Source: a virus (taxonomy: Duplodnaviria > Caudoviricetes). From it: a DNA stretch of 31,015 nt. Location of the stretch: positions 1 through 31,015 of IMG/VR virus record IMGVR_UViG_3300048892_000042; one strand, given 5' to 3'. Shown here in pieces: positions 1-7,452 of the stretch (position 1 is its first letter; each line of letters starts with the position of its first letter). The notes under the pieces were generated by a model. That model ran no database searches, was not told where the DNA came from, and worked only from the letters and a program-made list of their open reading frames with translations. The position numbers and the translations under genes were made by a program.

Positions 1-29
1 GTGGCTAATGTCCATGTTGTGTCTCATTG

Positions 30-530
30 TCAAGAAGAAACCACATGCAGCCGTTGCACCGGAACATGGGTTCGGATGGTGCGGCCGAGCATCAGCATCG
101 AGACGGTGGCCCTGCCGTCCGGGGTCAGTGCATCGAGCACACCGAGGATTCGCTGGCCGAACGCCTCGATTTCGACGGCATCGCCGATGGCGAATTGCTT
201 CCCGACCGTATCGAAGTCGCGGCTTCGTTCGCGGTCCATGATGTAGGCGACATCCTCATCCGAAAGTTTGGCCGGAATGCCGGGTTGCAGGCTCATCAAT
301 CCGACGACGCAGCCGATTGGCATAGCCGGCCAGCCACGCCAATCCTGCGCAAACAGCATTCGAGGAAAGATCGGCCGCAGGACGGTCACGGCGCTGCGGC
401 TGCGGCCATGCGGGTGGACGAGGCAGCGATAGCGCGGCAGGTAAACCCGGTATCCGGCGAGCCGCAGCGAGCGCTCAGCGGCGTCCTCGGCGGCCGGTCG
501 TGTCTCGACGATGACCCAGGGCGGCGGCAT
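30..530 (-). CDS. NusG/RfaH-family transcription antiterminator (NGN + KOW)
   Basis: N-terminal WVIVETRP..E..A...L...GY.VYLP and RPIFPRMLF (NGN); C-terminal FAIGDAVEI..FG..G..V..MLGR..V (KOW). Confidence 0.9.
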   Translation of the reverse strand: MPPPWVIVETRPAAEDAAERSLRLAGYRVYLPRYRCLVHPHGRSRSAVTVLRPIFPRMLFAQDWRGWPAMPIGCVVGLMSLQPGIPAKLSDEDVAYIMDRERSRDFDTVGKQFAIGDAVEIEAFGQRILGVLDALTPDGRATVSMLMLGRTIRTHVPVQRLHVVSS

Positions 531-859
531 CAGGTGCTAACGAACGAAGGCCGGCAGGATGGACCCCTGTCGGCCTTCGAGAGGAGAGAGCGATTGTTTC
601 GAGCAATCCTCAAGCTCCGGCTGAAGATATTATCGGGATGCTCTGATTCGTCAAGTGCGCGGCTCCACCGCGGCAACAGCGCCACCGGCACGCGGCGAAT
701 GCCGCGCTCGTAATTGTCCATAGCCGTCACGGTGACGCCGAGCTGGCGCGCGAGGGCGGTGCAGCCGAGGCGGGCGCGCCGGCGGCGGGCGAGAAGCCGC
801 GACAGTTCATCGGTGGTGAACTGCACGCGGGTGACGAATTGCTCGGCGCGTTTGCTCAT
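530..859 (-). CDS. XRE-family HTH protein
   Basis: ATG at 859 overlapping upstream stop; RRRARLGCTALARQLGVTVTAMDNYERGIRR is a Cro/CI-type HTH. Confidence 0.75.
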   Translation of the reverse strand: MSKRAEQFVTRVQFTTDELSRLLARRRRARLGCTALARQLGVTVTAMDNYERGIRRVPVALLPRWSRALDESEHPDNIFSRSLRIARNNRSLLSKADRGPSCRPSFVST

Positions 860-1080
860 GTCGGGTCGAGCGGCTGGGTGGTGGCGATCGACACCGCGTC
901 GATGCCGCCGTCGCGGAACATGATCGCGTTGATCCGGTCGAGATCCGGGCCGACATGCTCGCAGCAGCCGCAGGGCTTGCGCCAGACGATGACCCAGCCG
1001 AGGCGCTCGGGCAGTGCGGCGGTGATCAGCGCGAAGCCGGAATAGGCGTGCGCGTCGGGCGGCTGCTTGGCGTGGCTCAT
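856..1080 (-). CDS. Hypothetical protein (CxCC motif)
   Basis: ATGA overlaps at both ends; MSHAKQPP...KPCGCCEH. Confidence 0.6.
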   Translation of the reverse strand: MSHAKQPPDAHAYSGFALITAALPERLGWVIVWRKPCGCCEHVGPDLDRINAIMFRDGGIDAVSIATTQPLDPT

Positions 1081-1325
1081 GTGCCGAGCCTTTCCGACAC
1101 CGACACCAGCTTGTGCACGCACCGGACCGCCTCGGCCTCGGTGGCGTACGGCGCGGCAACGGGTTCGCCCTGATGACACGGGCAGGTCCGCAGCACCCAC
1201 CAGCGCTTGTCGAAAAACCGCACCGTGAGCCATTTGGCGTCGTTGTGGCCGGGCGGCTCCAAAGCCGTTGGGCGGCCATAGCGGCGGCGAAAGGCTGCGA
1301 CGAGAGCTTGGACCGGGTTATTCAT
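1077..1325 (-). CDS. Hypothetical protein
   Basis: ATG at 1325 coupled to upstream stop; MNNPVQALV... Confidence 0.6.
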   Translation of the reverse strand: MNNPVQALVAAFRRRYGRPTALEPPGHNDAKWLTVRFFDKRWWVLRTCPCHQGEPVAAPYATEAEAVRCVHKLVSVSERLGT

Positions 1326-1597
1326 CGCTCGGCCCGGCCGAGCATGGTGCGCCACAGGGCGCGGACGAGGGCGCGCTGGTAGGCGCTGGTGACGCCGCCG
1401 GCGCCGATCGGCAGCGCGCGGTTGAGTTCGTCGCGGCCGGCTTCGAGCATGTCGCGGCTGGGCTCGGCGAGTGTGTCGAGCACCAGGTCGACGATATCGT
1501 CGGCGTGGTCGGCGAGCGTGTTAGCGCCGAGCCCGTCGAGGTAGGCGGCGACGTGCCGGGTTGCCACCTCGCTCAGGCATTTGGCGGCGGTTTTCAC
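1322..1597 (-). CDS. Hypothetical protein
   Basis: GTG at 1597 overlapping upstream TGA; helical MKTAAKCLSE...EPSRDMLEAG. Confidence 0.6.
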   Translation of the reverse strand: MKTAAKCLSEVATRHVAAYLDGLGANTLADHADDIVDLVLDTLAEPSRDMLEAGRDELNRALPIGAGGVTSAYQRALVRALWRTMLGRAER

Positions 1598-1761
1598 CGG
1601 ATGACACCGAACAGCAGCAGGATGAGCAATATCACCAGCAGCACGCTGATGACACCGGACGGGTAGTAGCCGAAGCTGCCGTAAGCGGGACCGTACCAAT
1701 GCGGCAGGCCGGCGACGAGCAGCACCACCAGCACGATCAGGATTATGGTTACTGCGGACAT
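1594..1761 (-). CDS. DUF3309-like small membrane protein (55 aa, not in ORF track)
   Basis: Manual translation MSAVTIILIVLVVLLVAGLPHWYGPAYGSFGYYPSGVISVLLVILLILLLFGVIR; two TM helices around LP.W...GYYPSG. Confidence 0.8.
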   Translation of the reverse strand: MSAVTIILIVLVVLLVAGLPHWYGPAYGSFGYYPSGVISVLLVILLILLLFGVIR

Positions 1762-2192
1762 CAGTACGTCCTCCGTCTCGGTATTTCCCAGCGGTCTAGT
1801 TGCTTCAACACCTCATCGATGGTGAAGCAGACAGCGATCTCTTTCACCGCTCCGGTTCGGAGCAATGCCGGGAACACCCGGTCCTGGCCGAGCAGTTCGC
1901 GGGGTGCGCCGCGCTTGGTGTAAGTGATGCGGGTTTTTGTCAGTGATGCACCGCGCCGCTTCAACTCGATCATGTAGAGATGGTCGTGCAGGAACCAGAG
2001 GTCCGGCATCCCGCGTTTCAAGCCGAACCGGCTGAACGCCGCCTGCTGCGCCGGTGACAGCTGCACCACACCCGCCGGGTACGGCGTCCACATGGCCGGC
2101 GGCAGGATCACCGCGTCGAGCACCTTGGCGCATTGCTCATGGATGTCGCGCTCGAGCGGCACCGGCGCGGTCAGGCGGAACGGCGCGGTCAT
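1761..2192 (-). CDS. VRR-NUC-like PD-(D/E)XK nuclease
   Basis: ERDIH, GLKRGMPDL and IELKR motifs. Confidence 0.75.
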   Translation of the reverse strand: MTAPFRLTAPVPLERDIHEQCAKVLDAVILPPAMWTPYPAGVVQLSPAQQAAFSRFGLKRGMPDLWFLHDHLYMIELKRRGASLTKTRITYTKRGAPRELLGQDRVFPALLRTGAVKEIAVCFTIDEVLKQLDRWEIPRRRTY

Positions 2193-2338
2193 CGCCACCA
2201 TCGCAGTAGCCGTTGCAGCCAGTGCATACGAGGGTTGGGTGAAATGATTTCACCGCGGCACATTTTCTCCCAAACTTCCTTGAGCTGCCGCACCTCCTCT
2301 TCGGTGAGCTGCCGATTGGGTGTGAGCGGCGCGGTCAT
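2189..2338 (-). CDS. Hypothetical protein
   Basis: ATGA-coupled; MTAPLTPNRQLTEEEVRQLKEVWEK. Confidence 0.5.
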   Translation of the reverse strand: MTAPLTPNRQLTEEEVRQLKEVWEKMCRGEIISPNPRMHWLQRLLRWWR

Positions 2339-2547
2339 TGGCCGGCGCGCTCCCACAGGCTCTTCGGCATAGCGCCGCAAGCCCGGCAATAGCCGCTGCC
2401 GGTGATCGCCGGCGGGCCGCACTCGACCCAGCAATGCTCGGGATCATGGCTGCATTCGGGCGGCTCGACGAGGGCGCGGCGCGGACGGTAGGCCGCGAAC
2501 AGGGCGTAATCGTCGGCGGTGAAGTGGCGTTCGCTGCGGGTTCTCAT
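2335..2547 (-). CDS. Small Cys/His-rich (Zn-finger-like) protein
   Basis: ATG at 2547; CSH..HC and CRAC motifs. Confidence 0.55.
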   Translation of the reverse strand: MRTRSERHFTADDYALFAAYRPRRALVEPPECSHDPEHCWVECGPPAITGSGYCRACGAMPKSLWERAGQ

Positions 2548-2657
2548 TGTGTCACCGGCGCCGGGAAGATGATCGGCACGAGCAGCAGGCCGAGCAAGGC
2601 GAGCGCGATCAAGATCACCAGCGGCAGCCACTCGCGGCGGGAGATCATCGGTCGCAT
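2544..2657 (-). CDS. 37-aa single-TM peptide (not in ORF track)
   Basis: Manual translation MRPMISRREWLPLVILIALALLGLLLVPIIFPAPVTQ; start and stop overlap both neighbours. Confidence 0.55.
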   Translation of the reverse strand: MRPMISRREWLPLVILIALALLGLLLVPIIFPAPVTQ

Positions 2658-3262
2658 CAGTCACCACCGCGCTGCTTGCGGGCTTCCGTCACCAATTTGG
2701 CCGGCGCCCAGCAGCCGGGCTCGTCAGGCGACGGCCCCCAATCGGGCATCCAGCGGGCGCCTTCGGCCCAGGCTCGGCAGCGGTTGGGCCAGGGCGTTTC
2801 GGGTGGCAAGCCCTCGCGCGCGTGCGCGGAGAGATTATTATTATATTTATTATATATATACCCATGGGTATGGGTATGGGTGCTTTGCTGCTGGGTTTCT
2901 GCCGGGTTAGGGTCGGGGATGCCCGCCGGGTTACGTGGACGCCCACCTTTCAATCCGTTAGCCCTCGAAACCTCGGCACGCTCTTGCACGTATTTCCATT
3001 CACGCTCTAGTCGCTTTTGGTGCCATTTTCCGTCGATTATCTTAAAGAACCTTTCGAGCGTTGGGCGCAGCTTTTTCCAGCGGTGATCGCTGACCCGGCA
3101 AACCCGCGCCAGCTTCCGGTCGTCGTCGGGCAGCGGCTCGCCGTTGTTGCGCCAGGTGGCGAACAGAAGCAGGCAATAGGCACCGAATTCATCGACCGAC
3201 AGGTGCAAAGTGTCACCTAGCAGGGCGTCGGTGTAGAGCGGCATGCACGGCGCTTGCGACAC
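2657..3262 (-). CDS. DUF1376/YdaU-family replication initiator-like protein
   Basis: MPLYTDALLGDTLHLSVDEFGAYCLLL...LPDDDRKLAR...WHQKRLERE...NGLKGGRP; likely GTG start at 3262. Confidence 0.85.
   Translation of the reverse strand: MSQAPCMPLYTDALLGDTLHLSVDEFGAYCLLLFATWRNNGEPLPDDDRKLARVCRVSDHRWKKLRPTLERFFKIIDGKWHQKRLEREWKYVQERAEVSRANGLKGGRPRNPAGIPDPNPAETQQQSTHTHTHGYIYNKYNNNLSAHAREGLPPETPWPNRCRAWAEGARWMPDWGPSPDEPGCWAPAKLVTEARKQRGGD
2833..2960. other. Putative replication origin inside initiator gene
   Basis: Near-pure AT tract 2834-2860, tandem ATGGGT repeats and several GGGTT(A/T) motifs inside the initiator ORF, as in lambda O. Confidence 0.55.
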
Positions 3263-3263
3263 A

Positions 3264-3431
3264 TTAACGGGTCCGGTGATAAGTGCGGAGAGGATCGCCG
3301 CTGCGGCAGCGGTTGTAGAGCATCCGGGCGAAGCGCAACCGGCACAGCTCGCAGCCGCAGAACGTGCGGCTCTCGCGCTTGCCATCGCGCAAGAAGTAGC
3401 GGCGTTTGATGAGCGGCCGGCGCGTGGTCAT
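3264..3431 (-). CDS. Small basic CxCxxC protein
   Basis: ATG at 3431 overlapping upstream stop; FCGCELC. Confidence 0.5.
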   Translation of the reverse strand: MTTRRPLIKRRYFLRDGKRESRTFCGCELCRLRFARMLYNRCRSGDPLRTYHRTR

Positions 3432-4315
3432 ACGTTGAATAGGGCGCGATCGGATGGTGGGCGGCACTCGCCATCCGGGTTTGATTCCAGTAGGCCGCAG
3501 AGCAGTGTGAAGACTTCGAGGAAGCGCCGCATTTCGAGATCTGCCGGTTGGGTCAGCCGACGCTCGATGAACATGTTAAGGAACCGAACCCGCAAGCGCA
3601 GGTTCTTCGCCATGTCGTGCGGCGGTTCTGGCAGGGAGATGTCCCGCTGGTGGATAAAGAACCGAACCGCCAAGACAAGCTGATCGTAATCGTACTGCCC
3701 GAGATTGACCCGTTCGGCGTCGGTCAACGGCCAGAGCTGCCGGCCGTACATGACCACCGGGAACGGCGTCTCGGTGAGCTTAGGGCGGCGATCGTTAGCC
3801 GCGGCCTCGGCTGCCGCCGCCGCCTTCTTTTCGCGCAGCGCCTTCACCTCGTCGCGATGGATCTCGGCCTCGATCTGCCTGCGCATTTTAAGAGGCAGCG
3901 TCGATGTTGTTTTTTCCTGTTTTTTTACGGTTTCGCGGGCCGTGAAACCTGATGATTTACGCACCCGAGCCCACTCTGGGTGCTTTTCGCGACACACCTC
4001 TTGTAGACGAGATGGCGTAAGCGCGTCGGGTGCCTTTTCGCTCAACACATCTCGTTGGCGCTCATCAAGCTGCGCCCACCACATCGCGGTAGACCGTTGT
4101 TGCGCCGTCAGCCCAATCCCATGTGTTCGACACGCAATGCCAAACGAACCGGCATCACCCGGATTGCGCTTCCGCAGATCGATCAGCCGCTGGCCCACGA
4201 CGACCCACTGCGCCAGGATGTCCTCGGCATGCTGGGCGATGCTGTTGAGCGCCTGGCGCACGTCGGTCCAGAGCCGCTCGTCGATCGATTGAATGTTGTT
4301 TTGCTGTGCTTCCAC
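3428..4315 (-). CDS. Hypothetical protein (N-terminus weakly DUF3102-like)
   Basis: 295 aa, SD (AGGGAG) before GTG; VGQRLIDLRK...SFG motif. Confidence 0.65.
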   Translation of the reverse strand: MEAQQNNIQSIDERLWTDVRQALNSIAQHAEDILAQWVVVGQRLIDLRKRNPGDAGSFGIACRTHGIGLTAQQRSTAMWWAQLDERQRDVLSEKAPDALTPSRLQEVCREKHPEWARVRKSSGFTARETVKKQEKTTSTLPLKMRRQIEAEIHRDEVKALREKKAAAAAEAAANDRRPKLTETPFPVVMYGRQLWPLTDAERVNLGQYDYDQLVLAVRFFIHQRDISLPEPPHDMAKNLRLRVRFLNMFIERRLTQPADLEMRRFLEVFTLLCGLLESNPDGECRPPSDRALFNV

Positions 4316-4331
4316 GTTCCGCTCCCTGAAT

Positions 4332-4360
4332 AAGAAAAAGGCGGGGCGGTTTCCCGCCCC
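4332..4360 (-). terminator. Rho-independent terminator
   Basis: Minus strand GGGGCGG-GAAA-CCGCCCC followed by GCCTTTTTCTT. Confidence 0.75.
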
Positions 4361-4374
4361 ACCAGAGGCTTTCC

Positions 4375-5391
4375 TTATTCGGCAGCGGCAGCCGGATACT
4401 TCTGACCCGCCGGATAGGTCGGGTCGGGCAGATGCTTGCCGGCGGCGATGATCTCCTGCTTGCGGGTGTTGGTCACCCCGCTTTCGGCCAGGGTCATTCC
4501 CCGGATCACCATGCCCATCTCACGCTGCGGCGTGACCGTATCGGCCGGCTTCCGATGGTCCTCAATGTACATCTTGGCAACGCAGAGCGGCGCCTTGTCG
4601 CTCGAAAAGTCCCCCATCTGCAACTCGTCGAGCCGCTCGATCAGCCGCGTTTCCGGCCATTGGTGCCGCAGGCAGACGCCGGCGACCTTGGCAGCTGCCT
4701 TGCCTTGCAGCAGCGGATCGTTGGCATCCTCGACCGAGGCGCGGCCAATCTCCAATGCCCGGGTCAGGAGCGCGTCGTTGCTGACGATCTCCTTGGCGAT
4801 TTCGCCGGGCGAATGGAAACTGGTGGAAGGAATGTGCGCGCCCTTCTCGTAGGACCAGATACCCTGGAGGAGCGCTTCCTTCTCTTTGGCGTTGGTGACG
4901 CCGATCAACGCCGCCACGTCGGCCCCGGCGCGGGTCTTGCCGCAATCGAGCGTTGCGACATCGGATTTCGACATGCCGAAGTAGATCGACATGGTCAACT
5001 CCGTGCCCGAGTAGGCTTGCGCCCCCAGGCGATGCCCACCATCGGCGACGCTGCCATCATCGCGATAGAAGCCATAGCCTTGTGGCGTGCGACGCCAATC
5101 GCCGTCGCGCATCATGCGGGCCAGAACATCCGTCCAATCCGGCCGCCAGCTCCGGTTGAACGTATTGTGGTGGAGGAACAGCAGGGCGGCCATGCCGGGC
5201 GTGATCTTGGCAAAGCCCAGTTCCGGCTCGTCGGTGCAAGCCTTCGCCCGCTCGCACAGTTCGGCGACCGCCTTGACATCGACCTCGGTCGCTGCCTCGG
5301 CAACGCGCTGAATGTGCGCCACGATCCGCTCGCCGACCGACAACTGCCGCTCGGGTTGCTGGAACGGGGATACTGGTTCCGTAGTCATCAC
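4375..5391 (-). CDS. ParB/Srx-fold (DGQHR-like) phage protein
   Basis: ITP.MA..L..N..NR....A..M..G.W....G.V.DGGHRL.A....D.GK.R motif series. Confidence 0.7.
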   Translation of the reverse strand: MMTTEPVSPFQQPERQLSVGERIVAHIQRVAEAATEVDVKAVAELCERAKACTDEPELGFAKITPGMAALLFLHHNTFNRSWRPDWTDVLARMMRDGDWRRTPQGYGFYRDDGSVADGGHRLGAQAYSGTELTMSIYFGMSKSDVATLDCGKTRAGADVAALIGVTNAKEKEALLQGIWSYEKGAHIPSTSFHSPGEIAKEIVSNDALLTRALEIGRASVEDANDPLLQGKAAAKVAGVCLRHQWPETRLIERLDELQMGDFSSDKAPLCVAKMYIEDHRKPADTVTPQREMGMVIRGMTLAESGVTNTRKQEIIAAGKHLPDPTYPAGQKYPAAAAE

Positions 5392-5480
5392 TTCACCTCA
5401 TCGTCAAACCGGAACGGCCGGCACCGCTTGCCCGGGTAGGGCGAAGTCCTTGGAGCGCGTGGCGAGGTCACACGCGCGCA

Positions 5481-5735
5481 TCAGACGGCCACGAGCCGCC
5501 GCGGCACTCCGATCGGCCACGGCGTTCCAGGGGGCCAGTTGTCGTAGAACCACGCCGCCGCCCGCTCGACCGTCAGCACGTTGCAGCCGCGGCCTTGCGC
5601 GAGGCGGGGGAAAATCTTGTCGTTATTGCACGATTTGACGCCGACCTGGGTGAGCGACAGACCCGTGGCCTGGGCGTAGGTTTCGGCCAGTTGGAGAAGC
5701 TGGGCAGCGGTCGGCATTGGCAGGGTAATCATCAC
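5481..5735 (-). CDS. Cro-like repressor
   Basis: Small helical protein divergent from cI-like gene; C-terminal WFYDNWP.GTPWP pattern recalled from alphaproteobacterial phage Cro-like proteins. Confidence 0.7.
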   Translation of the reverse strand: MMITLPMPTAAQLLQLAETYAQATGLSLTQVGVKSCNNDKIFPRLAQGRGCNVLTVERAAAWFYDNWPPGTPWPIGVPRRLVAV

Positions 5736-5742
5736 AGCGGCG

Positions 5743-5772
5743 AGAATGCGCCCGAATTCAATCGGCGCGCAA
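5743..5772 (-). promoter_or_regulatory. Putative PR-like promoter (possibly leaderless cro mRNA)
   Basis: TTGCGC-N18-CATTCT on minus strand ending 8 nt before the cro start; operator lies in the spacer. Confidence 0.5.
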
Positions 5773-5796
5773 GACCCTACCGCCGATTTTAGTCGG
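5752..5796. promoter_or_regulatory. Two operators CCGA-N6-TCGG (OR-like)
   Basis: CCGAATTCAATCGG 5752-5765 and CCGATTTTAGTCGG 5783-5796. Confidence 0.7.
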
Positions 5797-5901
5797 ACGG
5801 CCGTGTCAGGAAAAATTTCTGCGGCGCGACGGGGAAAAATACTATAAAGCTAGGCAATTCACCCCAGCGGTCTGCGGTCTACCGCTATCGACTGTGGAAA
5901 A

Positions 5902-6411
5902 TTGATAGAGGAACTGTATGTGATGGACGTCGGCAATCCACCTGAGGCCGGCGAACAGAGGGTCGGCAGCGAGCCAGATGCCGTGGTTTGGGACGATGCC
6001 GGTTTTATCCGGCGCGTCCGCGAGGAAGCACGCAAGCTCGGGCTCAGTCTCAACGAAGTCTACCGCCGCGCCGGACTCACCAAAGACTACCTCGGCAAAC
6101 AGCCGCAGGGCGGCAGGAACGTGCTCGCTATCCAGAAGATCGCCGCTGTGCTTGGGGTTGAGCCAGCCTACCTGATGGGCTTCGCCACGGTCGTCGAGAT
6201 CAAACAGAATCGCCAAACGCCGGAGGAAACGCAATTACAGGCGCTTGGCCTGGCCGCTAACATCGCCGCGCACGTCTACCTGGTGCTGAATTGCCAGCAG
6301 CAACCTACGCTTCCGGATGGCGTCGACAAGGATCAGCTCACCGAGCTTATCAGCCAGATGCTTAACCCGCAGCGGCTAAAGAAACCAAGTAAGCCGCCGT
6401 CCGACAACTAA
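5902..6411 (+). CDS. CI-like repressor (HTH, no visible S24 peptidase)
   Basis: RVREEARKLGLSLNEVYRRAGL...IQKIAAVLGVEPAYLMG; divergent from cro; start uncertain. Confidence 0.75.
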   Translation: MIEELYVMDVGNPPEAGEQRVGSEPDAVVWDDAGFIRRVREEARKLGLSLNEVYRRAGLTKDYLGKQPQGGRNVLAIQKIAAVLGVEPAYLMGFATVVEIKQNRQTPEETQLQALGLAANIAAHVYLVLNCQQQPTLPDGVDKDQLTELISQMLNPQRLKKPSKPPSDN

Positions 6412-6608
6412 TCGGGCAGCAACATATAGCGCTGTGGCTGTATTTCGAGGCCGCTCGGCTCGTCAAACCACTTATCGCCGTCCCATCCGCCGGTCGTCCA
6501 TTTGGTATTTAGGCCGGGCGACAGAAGACACGGGCCGAATTCCTGGCCTTGGGTAATCGGGGCCGTCTCGATATTCTGTATGGACAAGGTGTTTCCCTCC
6601 TTAGCCAT
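6408..6608 (-). CDS. Small hypothetical protein (DUF551-like pattern)
   Basis: IETAP...W..G.W...W...P..YM.LP; probable TTG start at 6587 behind AAGGAGG. Confidence 0.55.
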   Translation of the reverse strand: MAKEGNTLSIQNIETAPITQGQEFGPCLLSPGLNTKWTTGGWDGDKWFDEPSGLEIQPQRYMLLPD

Positions 6609-6667
6609 GCCCCGCTCCGTGTTTATTTTATGTTAATCCCCGCACTCGCCGGCTCGCAAGATGATTT

Positions 6668-6736
6668 CCGTAAATTTTCGCCACTAGGGCTTCCCTGCCG
6701 AAAAAATTCGGACTAGGCTTATCCGAAGATGATAGG
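6668..6736. promoter_or_regulatory. OL-like operator cluster
   Basis: CCGAAAAAATTCGG 6698-6711 plus degenerate CCGTAAATTTTCGC 6668-6681 and CCGAAGATGATAGG 6723-6736. Confidence 0.6.
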
Positions 6737-6814
6737 CGGCCGGCATCTAAACACCGCCGTCACGCGATTGTCATCCTTGTAGGTGCGAAAAAAGCTCGCA
6801 CGAGGGAACTACTG

Positions 6815-6886
6815 ATGGCCGCCTGGCGCATCGTCATAGACCGCAACGATTGGGTGGAGAAGCGGGGCGAGCACCAACGTGAGTGA
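6815..6886 (+). CDS. 23-aa leader peptide
   Basis: GAGGG SD, MAAWRIVIDRNDWVEKRGEHQRE, stop overlaps next GTG. Confidence 0.35.
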   Translation: MAAWRIVIDRNDWVEKRGEHQRE

Positions 6887-7199
6887 CCGATGGCCTATGC
6901 CGCCTGGTTTGAATCAGGCGAAACGAGTTTTCACGAGGCCGGCGATAACCGCTTTAACTGTAACTCGCGATGGCGATGTGCTGCATATCGATTTGATACC
7001 CGGCGCTGACGGTCCCGACACCGAGGGCGAGGAAGTAACGCCCGGCGTGGTGCTCCTTTATGACGGGCACGGCTGGCTGATCGGCATCGAGATCAACACC
7101 TCAATTCTGCGCGAGGCCGGCATGAGCCGCTGGAGCGACCCGCCCGAAGCCGATGAGTTCTACACCCGCCCCGGGAAGCGGGAGCGCGACGATGATTAA
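6879..7199 (+). CDS. DUF2283-like protein (putative antitoxin)
   Basis: GDVLHIDL...EEVTPGVVLLYDGHGWLIGIEI matches recalled DUF2283 pattern D.LYI.L...EV..GV..DYD..G...GIEI. Confidence 0.7.
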   Translation: MSDRWPMPPGLNQAKRVFTRPAITALTVTRDGDVLHIDLIPGADGPDTEGEEVTPGVVLLYDGHGWLIGIEINTSILREAGMSRWSDPPEADEFYTRPGKRERDDD

Positions 7200-7452
7200 A
7201 CAAAGCATGAAGATCGGCATGACCCCGCCGCATCCCGGCATGTTTATCCGCGATGAAATCTTGGCCGAGTTGCACCTTACGCTGAACGACGCGGCCGCGA
7301 TTCTGAACGTGCGGCGAGCGACCCTCTCGAATCTGGTGAATGGCAAGTCAGGGCTATCGCCGGAGATGGCGCTACGGATCGAAAAGGCGTTCGGCGTCGA
7401 CATGGACATGCTGCTGCGGCTGCAGGCGTGGCATGAAGGCCACTGGCCATGA
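7192..7452 (+). CDS. higA: HigA-family addiction-module antitoxin (orphan)
   Basis: PPHPGMFIRDEIL...AA.ILNV.RATLSNLVNGK..LSPEMALRIEKAFG..LL.LQ. Confidence 0.9.
   Translation: MIKQSMKIGMTPPHPGMFIRDEILAELHLTLNDAAAILNVRRATLSNLVNGKSGLSPEMALRIEKAFGVDMDMLLRLQAWHEGHWP

Noticed and set aside
2163-2338. Three copies of TGACCGCGCCG (minus strand) near gene starts
   Set aside because: GC-rich 11-mer explained by MTAP/LTAP coding; could be chance
5455-5477. Hairpin after cro as nut-like site or tR1
   Set aside because: 7-bp GC stem without U-tract or boxA; evidence too weak
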